A DNA stretch of 37,622 nucleotides, from assembly GCA_043804575.1 (NCBI GenBank), contig JAZDIW010000044.1, positions 1 through 37,622 on the forward strand, given 5' to 3'. Below, one piece after another: positions 26,505-35,506 of this stretch. Made by a program: the position numbers and the translations under genes. The notes under the pieces were generated by a model. The model was not told the origin of the DNA, did not search any database, and was given only the letters and a program-made list of their open reading frames with translations. This DNA is from a bacterium. Its GTDB lineage: Bacteria > Electryoneota > RPQS01 > DYHQ01. How positions within the stretch are numbered: the first letter of the stretch is position 1; each line of letters starts with the position of its first letter.

Positions 26505-26969
26505 ATGAAACGACTTCAGCTTTTCCTTGAAACGATTGTTACGACCGGACTCGGAACCGGATTTGCGCCCATTGCGCCAGCGACATTCGGGAGTGCGCTG
26601 GCCTGCGTCGTCTTATGGTTTCTGCCGGGTGTGCGATTTTGGCCCTCCTTGCTGCTTGTGGTCCCTTTTTTCTTCCTTGGGGTGTGGCTGGCTACGCGCG
26701 GCGAGCGCCGCTACGGTCACGACGGCAAACCCATTGTCATTGACGAGCTCACGGGGCAGTGGATTTCGCTCCTTTTCGCACAGCAATCCCTGAAGATATT
26801 TCTTGCGGCCTTTCTTCTCTTTCGGCTCTTTGATATTTGGAAACCGCTCGGGATTCGCCAAAGCCAAAAACTCCCCGTCGGATGGGGTGTAATGATAGAC
26901 GATGTGCTGGCCGGCGCGCTCTCCCTGTTATGTCTACACCTCTTGACTCTCTTGCCCTTTTTTTCGTAG
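26505..26969 (+). CDS. pgpA: Phosphatidylglycerophosphatase A, 154 aa
   Basis: TGLGTGFAPIAPATFGS, VIDELTGQW, FRLFDIWKP and MIDDVLAG are present. I chose the start at MKRLQLF. The 90 upstream codons in the track look non-coding. Confidence 0.85.
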   Translation: MKRLQLFLETIVTTGLGTGFAPIAPATFGSALACVVLWFLPGVRFWPSLLLVVPFFFLGVWLATRGERRYGHDGKPIVIDELTGQWISLLFAQQSLKIFLAAFLLFRLFDIWKPLGIRQSQKLPVGWGVMIDDVLAGALSLLCLHLLTLLPFFS

Positions 26970-27002
26970 TTTAATACTGTTTGGCGAAGGAAGTCAAAGT
27001 CA

Positions 27003-28265
27003 ATGTCCGAAAGCAGGCGCCACTCGGGGGAAATCATCACCATCGGCAATGAGCTGCTCTCGGGGCAGGTCGTCAATGGGAATGCGGCTTTTCTTGGACG
27101 GACTCTTGTTGAAATAGGCATCCCCGTCCGCTGGAGCTCTGTCGTTGCCGACGACATTGCCGAAATTCAGGCGGCGCTCAGTCAATCTCTGAAGCGAGCT
27201 TCCGTTGTCATCCTGTCGGGCGGTCTTGGCCCAACGCCCGATGATGTCACGAAGGAGGCGGTGGCGAATTTTTTCGGTCTCGAATTGGCGCTTCGGGAAG
27301 ATCTGTTGGAAGCCGTCAAAGCGCGCTTTGCATCTTTTGGCCGAACGATGCCGGAGGTCTCACGGAATCAAGCCGTCTTTCCACGCAGCGCTGAAGTCAT
27401 TGCCAATCCTCTCGGAACCGCGCCGGGAATGCACATCGCAAGAGAGGGACGCGAGATCTTCGTTCTGCCCGGTGTGCCCCACGAATTGGAAGCCATGATG
27501 GAAAGCCATGTCCTGCCTCGGTTGCAGGAGAATCTCCAAGCGACTCCTATTCCGTCGAAGATCCTTCAGACAACGGGCATCGGCGAATCGCTGATTCTGG
27601 AGCGCTTGCGAGACATGCCGCACATCCATGAACTCGTCGAGCTTGCATTCTTGCCGTCGCCCATGGGAGTCACGCTGCATCTAACAGCGAAATCAGATGA
27701 CCCCTACGAGGCGGAGGCACAACTTGCCGAAGCCGAAGGGCTTGTGCGAGAGGGCATCGGCGAGTTTGTCTATGCCGTCGGTCGGCAGAGTCTGGCAGAG
27801 GTTATCGCGCGCATTCTGAGGAATCGGCATAAGACGGTTGCGATCGCCGAATCCTGCACAGGCGGATTGGTTGCGCATACTTTCACGAATATTCCTGGGA
27901 GCTCCAATTTTTTCGAGCGTGCTTTTGTGACCTATTCGAACCGTTCGAAGACGGAATTGCTGGATGTACCGCAAGCACTGATTGAGGAGCACGGCGCCGT
28001 TTCGGAAGAAGTCGCGCGCGCGATGGCCGAAGGCGTGCAGCGAAAGGCGAAAACAGACTATGGGCTCGCCACGACCGGCATCGCGGGGCCCGATGGCGGC
28101 ACACTGGAAAAGCCGGTGGGAACCGTTTGGGTGGCCGTCGCAGACGCCCGAGAGACGGTTGCGCAGAGAACTCAAGCGGCCTATACACGCGAAATAAATA
28201 AGATGCGTTTTGCGCAGACGCTCCTTTTCTTGTTCTACAAGAAACTGATGCAAGAGAGCGAGTAA
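27003..28265 (+). CDS. cinA: CinA family protein (MoCF-binding domain plus nicotinamide-nucleotide amidohydrolase PncC domain)
   Basis: EIITIGNELLSGQVVNGNAAFL, SGGLGPTPDDVT, and the C-terminal AIAESCTGG...GLATTGIAGPDGG are present. Confidence 0.9.
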   Translation: MSESRRHSGEIITIGNELLSGQVVNGNAAFLGRTLVEIGIPVRWSSVVADDIAEIQAALSQSLKRASVVILSGGLGPTPDDVTKEAVANFFGLELALREDLLEAVKARFASFGRTMPEVSRNQAVFPRSAEVIANPLGTAPGMHIAREGREIFVLPGVPHELEAMMESHVLPRLQENLQATPIPSKILQTTGIGESLILERLRDMPHIHELVELAFLPSPMGVTLHLTAKSDDPYEAEAQLAEAEGLVREGIGEFVYAVGRQSLAEVIARILRNRHKTVAIAESCTGGLVAHTFTNIPGSSNFFERAFVTYSNRSKTELLDVPQALIEEHGAVSEEVARAMAEGVQRKAKTDYGLATTGIAGPDGGTLEKPVGTVWVAVADARETVAQRTQAAYTREINKMRFAQTLLFLFYKKLMQESE

Positions 28266-28294
28266 GTTCAATCTCGCAGGAATGAGCGATCCTA

Positions 28295-28849
28295 ATGAGA
28301 CTCTTCATTGCCATAGATTTGCCCGAGGAATGGAAAGAGAAGTTGGCCCAGTTGCAGAGTTCCATCGAATGGCTTGGGCGCGGGATAAGCTGGGCGAGGT
28401 CTGAGGGAATGCACCTGACGCTGAAATTCCTCGGTGAAGTTCCCGAAGAGAAAGTCGGTGAAATTGTCGCGGGACTTGAGCACGCCTGCGAAGGAGTCGT
28501 GCCGTTCGATATTCGCATGAGAGGAACGGGCTGTTTTCCGAACTCCAAGCGGCCGCGAGTCTATTGGGCCGGACTCGATGGGGGCAAATCGGTTCTTGAG
28601 TTGCAGGCGCAGGTCGAGAGTGAAATGGAAGGGTTGGGATTTCCTCGCGAGGAGCGCGCTTTCACGCCTCATCTGACGATTGCGCGCATCAAAGAGCCGA
28701 TGGGCAAGGAGCGGATGACGAGGGCACTCCTCGATTATAAGCTCGAAACCGATGCCGTGCAAATTCGTGAAGTCCTGCTGATGCAGAGTATTTTGAAGCC
28801 CACGGGTGCGGAATACCGGCCTCAATCCCGAATGGAGCTCAAGTCGTAA
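28295..28849 (+). CDS. thpR: RNA 2',3'-cyclic phosphodiesterase (2H family, LigT/ThpR)
   Basis: Two HxT/S motifs are present: MHLTLKFLGE and PHLTIARI. Confidence 0.85.
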   Translation: MRLFIAIDLPEEWKEKLAQLQSSIEWLGRGISWARSEGMHLTLKFLGEVPEEKVGEIVAGLEHACEGVVPFDIRMRGTGCFPNSKRPRVYWAGLDGGKSVLELQAQVESEMEGLGFPREERAFTPHLTIARIKEPMGKERMTRALLDYKLETDAVQIREVLLMQSILKPTGAEYRPQSRMELKS

Positions 28850-28854
28850 AAACT

Positions 28855-29328
28855 ATGCCGCGTGCCCAGGTAATCGTAGATATTCAGGCGACGAAAGAGA
28901 AGGTGTGGCATCTCCTCACCGATGCCAAAGAGATGGAGTTTTGGTGCCTGAATATCCGGGATCTGCTCTATGAGCCCGCAGGGCCGCTCCAGGTGGGAAC
29001 GATACGCAAAGCGCGCATCGAAGTCAATGGCAAGATTCATACGCTTCATACCGAGGTGACTCATTGCGAGCCGCCCAATTTCTTTAGTGAAACACCTTGC
29101 GGCGGCACAGCGGATTGGCTCAGGCAAGTGAAGTCCGCAAGATTGACCTATCGTCTCGAAGCCGAGCATGAGAGCGAGACGACTCTGATTCTCACCGGCG
29201 AATACGAGCTCGAAGGACTCTGGGCACATCTCTTTGACAGACTCATCGGCGAAGGAATGGTGCGAACAATGATGAAGCAGAACCTCGAGCGGCTCAAAAC
29301 CTACGCGGAAACGGGACGCGTTGTGTAG
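28855..29328 (+). CDS. SRPBCC (START/polyketide-cyclase-like) superfamily protein
   Basis: The size and the N-terminal pattern 'VDIQATKEKVWHLLTDAKEMEFW' are typical of the family. The call is weak. Confidence 0.55.
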   Translation: MPRAQVIVDIQATKEKVWHLLTDAKEMEFWCLNIRDLLYEPAGPLQVGTIRKARIEVNGKIHTLHTEVTHCEPPNFFSETPCGGTADWLRQVKSARLTYRLEAEHESETTLILTGEYELEGLWAHLFDRLIGEGMVRTMMKQNLERLKTYAETGRVV

Positions 29329-29392
29329 GAGATAACCTCCCGAAGCATAGGCGTTTCCCCATGAAAATATCCTATTGAAAAGGAGATAGAAT

Positions 29393-30451
29393 ATGGCGTC
29401 GGAAACAACCGAAAAAGCGCGCGCATTGGACATGGCGATTGGCCAGATTGAAAAGCAGTTTGGCAAGGGCTCCATCATGCGTCTGGGAGAGGAGGGCGCG
29501 CGAGTGCAGATCTCGGTGATTCCCACGGGCTCTTTGTCTTTGGACGCGGCCTTAGGGGTTGGCGGCGTGCCGCGAGGCCGTGTGACGGAAATCTACGGCC
29601 CGGAAGCTTCCGGCAAGACGACTTTGGCGCTCCACCTCATTGCTCAAGCTCAAAAGAGTGGAGGCTTTGCCGCCATTGTTGACGCCGAGCATGCGCTGGA
29701 CCCACAATATGCCAAAGCCTTGGGAGTGGACCTCGACAATCTGCTTATTTCGCAGCCCGATACAGGAGAGCAAGGGTTGGAGATTGCCGAGACTCTGATT
29801 CGCTCAGGAGCTCTCGATATTGTCGTGGTGGATAGCGTGGCCGCGCTCGTGCCCAGAGCGGAAATTGAAGGCGATATGGGCGACTCTCTGCCCGGACTTC
29901 AGGCGCGTCTAATGTCTCAGGCGCTGCGCAAACTCACCGCCACCGTTTCTCGTTCGCATACATCCCTTGTTTTTATTAATCAAATGCGCATGAGAATCGG
30001 CGTCATGTTCGGCAATCCGGAGACGACGACCGGCGGTCAAGCGCTGAAATTCTACTCCACAGTGCGGTTGGAAATTCGCCGAATCGCTTCCATCAAGGAC
30101 GGCGACAATGTCATCGGCAGCCGGACGCGAGTAAAAGTCGTAAAGAACAAAGTGGCTCCGCCGTTCAAGCAGGCGGAGTTCGATATTGTCTATGGAAAGG
30201 GGATTTCACGAGCAGGCGATGTTTTGGACCTCGCCGCCGAAAAAGACATCGTGAAGCGCACGGGAACATGGTATGCCTATGGGGATGAGCGTCTGGGGCA
30301 AGGTCGCGAGCGTGTTGTGGAGTTGCTTACAGAGAACGCCGACCTATTGAGCAAGATCGAGAGCGAGGTAAGAGAAAAGCTTGGCTTTGTTCCCCGCATT
30401 CCGAAAACAGCCGTCGAACCGGAAGCGAAAACCTCCCGGAGCAAGAAATAG
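29393..30451 (+). CDS. recA: Recombinase RecA
   Basis: [19 protein letters not shown], Walker [19 protein letters not shown] and [22 protein letters not shown] are present. Confidence 0.97.
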   Translation: MASETTEKARALDMAIGQIEKQFGKGSIMRLGEEGARVQISVIPTGSLSLDAALGVGGVPRGRVTEIYGPEASGKTTLALHLIAQAQKSGGFAAIVDAEHALDPQYAKALGVDLDNLLISQPDTGEQGLEIAETLIRSGALDIVVVDSVAALVPRAEIEGDMGDSLPGLQARLMSQALRKLTATVSRSHTSLVFINQMRMRIGVMFGNPETTTGGQALKFYSTVRLEIRRIASIKDGDNVIGSRTRVKVVKNKVAPPFKQAEFDIVYGKGISRAGDVLDLAAEKDIVKRTGTWYAYGDERLGQGRERVVELLTENADLLSKIESEVREKLGFVPRIPKTAVEPEAKTSRSKK

Positions 30452-30452
30452 C

Positions 30453-31070
30453 ATGAGACTTGTGCGCACAGCTTTCCTACTTACGGCACTGTTTCTCCTC
30501 GCAGCCGATGGGATGGCGCATGACCTCGTTCTGACGACCGGCTATGCGGCCTCCAAGAAACCTCTTTTGGGACCGGCGGTTGATCCCCATGATTTTTCCA
30601 GTGGGGGAGGTTATGTCGTTGGGGCACGCCTTGATTTGGATGTCGCGCCGCATATCTGGATAGCACCCTCGGTGCTCTATTGGGATAACATCACCGGCGG
30701 ACAAAGCGGAACCTACGACAGCCATTATTCGCAGATGCAGTTTGGTGCCCGAGTGCTTTTTCACACTTGGACACTGCCGATGCTCTATTGCGGCGGCGGA
30801 GCCGATTTCGCGGCAACGCGCGGTGTCGTGAAAGCCGGACAGGTTGTTCCGGGCTACGGCAAGGGGAGTATTGTATCCGAGTTTGACGGGGAAGCACCCG
30901 TCGGCCTGGTTGCGTTCGGTTTCAAAGGCAAGGCTCCCCTTGGTCTTGGAGTGATGGCCGAAGTCGCTTATCATTTTGGATTGGACGAGCCTGTCGGACA
31001 GCGGCGTATCGGCCCGGCCTCCGTCGTCTTGCTTCAGATAGGAGTTTTCTTGCGTGGCGAGAGACCATAG
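30453..31070 (+). CDS. Signal-peptide protein, probably a small outer-membrane beta-barrel, 205 aa
   Basis: The signal peptide is MRLVRTAFLLTALFLLAADGMA. Alternating hydrophobic/aromatic strands are visible (YVVGARLDLDV, MQFGARVLFH, GVMAEVAYHFG). The ATG follows directly after the recA stop. Confidence 0.5.
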   Translation: MRLVRTAFLLTALFLLAADGMAHDLVLTTGYAASKKPLLGPAVDPHDFSSGGGYVVGARLDLDVAPHIWIAPSVLYWDNITGGQSGTYDSHYSQMQFGARVLFHTWTLPMLYCGGGADFAATRGVVKAGQVVPGYGKGSIVSEFDGEAPVGLVAFGFKGKAPLGLGVMAEVAYHFGLDEPVGQRRIGPASVVLLQIGVFLRGERP

Positions 31071-31566
31071 CGTTGACAAGGGAGATAAGGATGCGGCGCT
31101 CAAGGTTGCATTGAAATTACTGGCGCGCCGCGCTTATTCCGAACGCAGGCTATCGGAGAAGCTGCGAGACAAGGGATTCAACGAGACCGTCATTCGTGAA
31201 GTATTGGCTGCCTGTCGCCGGAAGAATTTCGTCAACGACCGAGACTTCGCGAAGAACTTCGTTGAGCGCCGCCTGGAAACGAGACCCCGAGCAGGGCATG
31301 TTCTCATCGGGGAACTTCTGAAACAAGGAATATCGCTCCGGCTTGCACGGGAAGTCGTTGAGGAACATGTCACGGGGGAAATCGAATCACAATCCGCCAA
31401 GGTAATGGCGATGAAAAAGTGGAAACAATTCTCTCCTTTGGGCGCAGATGTTTGTTTTCGGCGTGTCAGCTCGTATCTTGCGCGGCGCGGGTACAATTGG
31501 GATGCAATCAGCGAGGCCATAAAGCAGGCTCGGACGGCCTTGCAGAAGAGTGAGAAAGAAGAATAG
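31054..31566 (+). CDS. recX: Regulatory protein RecX
   Basis: ALKLLARRAYSERRLSEKLRDKGF..VIREVL..C....FVNDRDFAKNFVE shows the repeated three-helix units of RecX. It has a GTG start that overlaps the upstream gene by 17 nt, so the start is uncertain. Confidence 0.8.
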   Translation: MARDHSVDKGDKDAALKVALKLLARRAYSERRLSEKLRDKGFNETVIREVLAACRRKNFVNDRDFAKNFVERRLETRPRAGHVLIGELLKQGISLRLAREVVEEHVTGEIESQSAKVMAMKKWKQFSPLGADVCFRRVSSYLARRGYNWDAISEAIKQARTALQKSEKEE

Positions 31567-31570
31567 TGCG

Positions 31571-34222
31571 ATGACTTCTCGAGAGGTTCGCGAGAGCTTC
31601 ATTGAATTCTTTCGTCGGCAGGGGCATACCTTCGTGCCGTCGGCGCCGGTCGTGCCTCAGGATGACCCGACGCTGCTCTTCACGAATGCGGGCATGAATC
31701 AATTCAAGCCCATCTTTCTGGGCTTGGAAAGCCGAGACTACACGCGTGCGGCAAATACACAAAAATGTATTCGCGTTTCGGGCAAACATAACGATTTGGA
31801 GGAAGTCGGCCCAAGTCCCTATCATCATACCTTCTTTGAGATGCTGGGCAACTGGAGTTTCGGCGATTACTTCAAACGCGAGGCCATCCTGTGGGCGTGG
31901 GAGTTAATGACCGATATTTGGAGAATGCCCAAAGAAAGACTTTATGCCACCATTTACGAAGAAGATGATGAGGCGGAAAAGATATGGTTTTCCGAGACGG
32001 ATATTGCCCATGCTCATGTGCTGCGCTTCGGCAAGAAGGACAACTTCTGGGAGATGGGCGAAACCGGGCCTTGCGGACCCTGCTCGGAGATTCACATTGA
32101 CCGCGGCCCGGAATTCGACGACAATCCCAAGGCATTTGTCAATACCGGTTCGCCGCGCTTCATTGAGCTGTGGAATCTCGTCTTCATTCAATTCAATCGC
32201 CTCCCCGAGGGGAAATTGGAGCCTCTGCCCGCGAAACATGTGGACACAGGCGCGGGACTGGAGCGCATCACGGCGGTTCTGGGTGGCAAACGCTCCAACT
32301 ACGAAACGGATCTCTTCATGCCGCTGATGAGGAAGATCGAAGAAGTTTCGAAAAAGCCGTATGTCTCGGATGCAGGTGGTATCCCTCATCGTGTGATTGC
32401 GGATCATGTGCGATGCCTTACTTTCGCTATTTGTGACGGGGCCATGCCCGGAAACGAAGGGCGTGGCTATGTCTTGCGGCGTATTTTGCGGCGCGCGGCG
32501 CGATTCGGTCGCAAGCTGGATGTTCACGAGCCTTTCATCTACAAACTGGTGCCGATTCTGGTCAATCAGATGGCCGATGTCTTTCCTGAATTGAAAGCTC
32601 ATCATCATCACGCCTCTCTGGTAATCAAAGCCGAAGAAGAGCATTTCGGTAAAACACTTGATCGAGGCTTGGACATTTTCGACCAGATTGTCGAAACCGC
32701 CAAGAGAAATGGTCAGAATATCTTGCCGGGCGAAGAGGTCTTCCGGCTCTATGATACTTTTGGATTCCCTCTTGATTTGACCGAGCTCATGGCCCGCGAG
32801 CAAGGATTGCAGTTGGATGCAGTGGGATTTCAAGAGGCGATGGAGGCCCAGCGCGAACGTGCGCGGAAAGCGGGCCGATTCGCCTATGATACAGGTGGTG
32901 ACGAAAAGCGCGTCCTACTCGATCCTTCGGCTCCGGATGTTTTTGTCGGATATGACCGGCTTGAGATTGAAACGATAGTGAACGGCTATGCAGGTCAGCG
33001 GCTCTTCTTGCAGCAGACGCCTTTCTACGCGGAATCCGGCGGGCAAGTCGGAGATCGAGGCGCTATCTTGGCGGACAATTTGGAACTTCCGGTTGCGGAT
33101 GTCCAGTTCGACCGAGGTTTACGCGCTCACATCATCGTGGAAGATAAGGCGGGACTATTGCCTGAACTTGTCGGCAGAAGTGTTGTCGCTCGTGTTGCTC
33201 CGGAGCATCGCCTGCCCACGCAGTATAATCACACGGCGACGCATCTGTTACATCGCGCGCTGCGTGGAATTTTGGGCGATCATGTTCATCAGCAGGGCTC
33301 GCTCGTGGCGCCGGATTATTTTCGTTTCGACTATTCCCATTTCCAAAAACCGACAGCCGATGAGCTATCGCATATCGAGGAGCGTGTCAACGAAATGGTT
33401 CGTGAAAATCTTCTCGTTACGGCACACATGCTTTCTCTGAAGCGGGCTCAAGAGCTTGGCGCGATGGCTCTCTTTGGGGAGAAATATGCGGAAAAAGTGC
33501 GCATGATTCAAATCGGCACAACGGAGGAGTTGTTGCCGTGGGGCGATGTGCATATCCATTCGAGGGAGCTCTGCGGCGGGTGCCATGTGAAGCGAACCGG
33601 TGATATTGGTCTTCTTGTCATCCGCAACGAAACCGCCGCTGCCGCCGGCATTCGACGCATTGAAGCTCTGACGGGAGAGGCGGCTCGGCATTACCTCACA
33701 GAGCGTTCGCGCATTGTGGATGCTTTTGTTGAAGAGCTCGGAAGTCATGGCTCTGACTCGCTCGAAAAACTGCGCAAAATGCTCGATGAGAAAAAGACTC
33801 TGGAAAAGGAGCTGACAAAGCTAAAAGCAGAGACGGCGCGAGCCGAGATGCAGAAACTTGCCACGGGCGCGGCAATCGTAGACAATGTGAAGATTGCCTG
33901 CGGCGGTGTGGAGGCCGACTCTCTCGACCATCTGAAGGAGTTGGGAGACGCTCTGCGTGACGCGCTCGGCTCGGGCGTCGGCGTTTTGACAACATTCTTG
34001 GGAGGAAAGCCGCATATCCTCTGCGTTGTGACACCGGATCTTGTGGCGAAAGGCTTTGATGCGGTGCCGGTAGTCAAAGAACTCGGCAAGCATATCGGCG
34101 GGGGCGGCGGAGGGAAGCCCCATTTGGCGACCGCAGGCGGGCGAAATCCGGAAGGACTAAAAAAAGTCCTCGAGGAAGCTCCGAATGTTGTGCGGAATTT
34201 GATGCCGGACAGAAAGAAATAA
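31571..34222 (+). CDS. alaS: Alanine--tRNA ligase, 883 aa
   Basis: REVRESFIEFFRRQGHTFVPS, LFTNAGMNQFK, FFEMLGNWSFGDYFK, the editing-domain HTATHLLH and the C-terminal DHHA1 GGGGGGKP are present. I chose the start at MTSREV, just after the recX stop. Confidence 0.95.
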   Translation: MTSREVRESFIEFFRRQGHTFVPSAPVVPQDDPTLLFTNAGMNQFKPIFLGLESRDYTRAANTQKCIRVSGKHNDLEEVGPSPYHHTFFEMLGNWSFGDYFKREAILWAWELMTDIWRMPKERLYATIYEEDDEAEKIWFSETDIAHAHVLRFGKKDNFWEMGETGPCGPCSEIHIDRGPEFDDNPKAFVNTGSPRFIELWNLVFIQFNRLPEGKLEPLPAKHVDTGAGLERITAVLGGKRSNYETDLFMPLMRKIEEVSKKPYVSDAGGIPHRVIADHVRCLTFAICDGAMPGNEGRGYVLRRILRRAARFGRKLDVHEPFIYKLVPILVNQMADVFPELKAHHHHASLVIKAEEEHFGKTLDRGLDIFDQIVETAKRNGQNILPGEEVFRLYDTFGFPLDLTELMAREQGLQLDAVGFQEAMEAQRERARKAGRFAYDTGGDEKRVLLDPSAPDVFVGYDRLEIETIVNGYAGQRLFLQQTPFYAESGGQVGDRGAILADNLELPVADVQFDRGLRAHIIVEDKAGLLPELVGRSVVARVAPEHRLPTQYNHTATHLLHRALRGILGDHVHQQGSLVAPDYFRFDYSHFQKPTADELSHIEERVNEMVRENLLVTAHMLSLKRAQELGAMALFGEKYAEKVRMIQIGTTEELLPWGDVHIHSRELCGGCHVKRTGDIGLLVIRNETAAAAGIRRIEALTGEAARHYLTERSRIVDAFVEELGSHGSDSLEKLRKMLDEKKTLEKELTKLKAETARAEMQKLATGAAIVDNVKIACGGVEADSLDHLKELGDALRDALGSGVGVLTTFLGGKPHILCVVTPDLVAKGFDAVPVVKELGKHIGGGGGGKPHLATAGGRNPEGLKKVLEEAPNVVRNLMPDRKK

Positions 34223-34247
34223 ATCTCACAAAAAGAGGCCGAGAGGA

Positions 34248-34523
34248 ATGGCAGAAGAAGATTTTGAACAGCGGATGACAGTGCTCATCGAGCGCTTGGA
34301 AAAGAAGGTGGATAGTCTGGAGCAGCGCTTGTTTCTACTGTCAGAGAAAAAGCTGCCTGCCGCGCGCCGTCTGTTTGGCTACACCTTTTGGGGAGGAGTC
34401 CTTTTCATTCTGGGTGCTCTTTGGTTGGCCTACGAAGAAGACTGGATCGATTTCCGCGTCGAGCTTTGGCCTGTGGCGTTGATTGCGCTCGGCCTCTATC
34501 TGATTTTAGCCCCAAGAAAATGA
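34248..34523 (+). CDS. Small membrane protein (coiled-coil N-terminus plus two TM helices), unknown function
   Basis: The 91-aa ORF has two hydrophobic helices (FWGGVLFILGALWLA, WPVALIALGLYLIL). Its TGA overlaps the asd ATG (ATGA at 34520-34523). Confidence 0.5.
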   Translation: MAEEDFEQRMTVLIERLEKKVDSLEQRLFLLSEKKLPAARRLFGYTFWGGVLFILGALWLAYEEDWIDFRVELWPVALIALGLYLILAPRK

Positions 34524-35503
34524 AACGAGACATCTCTTTGGCCGTTGTAGGTGCAACGGGCCTGGTGGGACGCACAATGCTGCGCGTTTTGGAGGAGAGA
34601 GAGATTCCGATTCGTCATCTTTCTCTTTTCGCTTCGGCTCGCTCGAAAGGTCATCTGTTGAGCTTTCAAGGACGGGAGCATGAAATCCAAGAGCTCGGCG
34701 ACGGCTCACTCAAGGTCGACTATGCTCTGTTTGCATTAAGAAAGTCTCTGGCGTCCGAGTGGGTGCCGCGATTTCGCGAAGCGGGCACAGTCGTCATTGA
34801 CAATTCATCTTATTTCCGAATGAAAGCCGATGTGCCCCTCGTCGTGCCCGAAGCAAACGCTAACGAGCTGCGCCATCACCAAGGCCTCATCGCTAATCCC
34901 AATTGCACGGCGGCGATTGCGTGCGTAGCTCTGGCCCCTTTGCACAAAGCGTTTCATCTCTCTCGTCTCGTGATTTCAACCTACCAATCTGTTTCAGGTA
35001 CCGGCCAGAAAGCACTGGAAGAATTGGACGGACAAATTGCGAATCCTGACTTACCGCCTTCGGTTTATCCACATTCCATCGCCTTCAATCTCTTCCCTCA
35101 AATTGGCGATTTCGATGCCGAAGGTTTTTGCTTCGAAGAGCGGAAGATTGCCGAAGAAATTCCAAAGATTCTATCTGCACCAGGCCTCCTCGTGCATGTA
35201 ACGACGGTTCGCGTTCCGGTGCGTGTCGGCCACAGCGTCTCTATCTTCGCCGAATTTGAAAAAGAGATTTCCCTTGCGGAAGCGTATGAGCATTTGCGCA
35301 ACGCTCAAGGTCTGGTCATCATGGGCGGCCAAGACTATGTGACTCCGTTGGACTGCGCCGGTCGCGATGAGGTTTTTGTCGGCCGGTTGCGATGGAATCC
35401 ACGTCAACCGAAGGCACTGCAGCTATGGGTCGTTGGCGACAATTTGCGCAAAGGCGCCGCCACGAATGCCGTCCAAATTTTGGAACGGCTGATTGAGGAA
35501 TGA
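34520..35503 (+). CDS. asd: Aspartate-semialdehyde dehydrogenase, 327 aa
   Basis: The NAD motif VVGATGLVGRTM and the active-site IANPNCTA are present. I chose the start at MKRDISLAVVG. Confidence 0.9.
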   Translation: MKRDISLAVVGATGLVGRTMLRVLEEREIPIRHLSLFASARSKGHLLSFQGREHEIQELGDGSLKVDYALFALRKSLASEWVPRFREAGTVVIDNSSYFRMKADVPLVVPEANANELRHHQGLIANPNCTAAIACVALAPLHKAFHLSRLVISTYQSVSGTGQKALEELDGQIANPDLPPSVYPHSIAFNLFPQIGDFDAEGFCFEERKIAEEIPKILSAPGLLVHVTTVRVPVRVGHSVSIFAEFEKEISLAEAYEHLRNAQGLVIMGGQDYVTPLDCAGRDEVFVGRLRWNPRQPKALQLWVVGDNLRKGAATNAVQILERLIEE

Positions 35504-35506
35504 GAG

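Noticed and set aside
31904-32833. 309-aa minus-strand ORF
   Set aside because: It is antisense to alaS.
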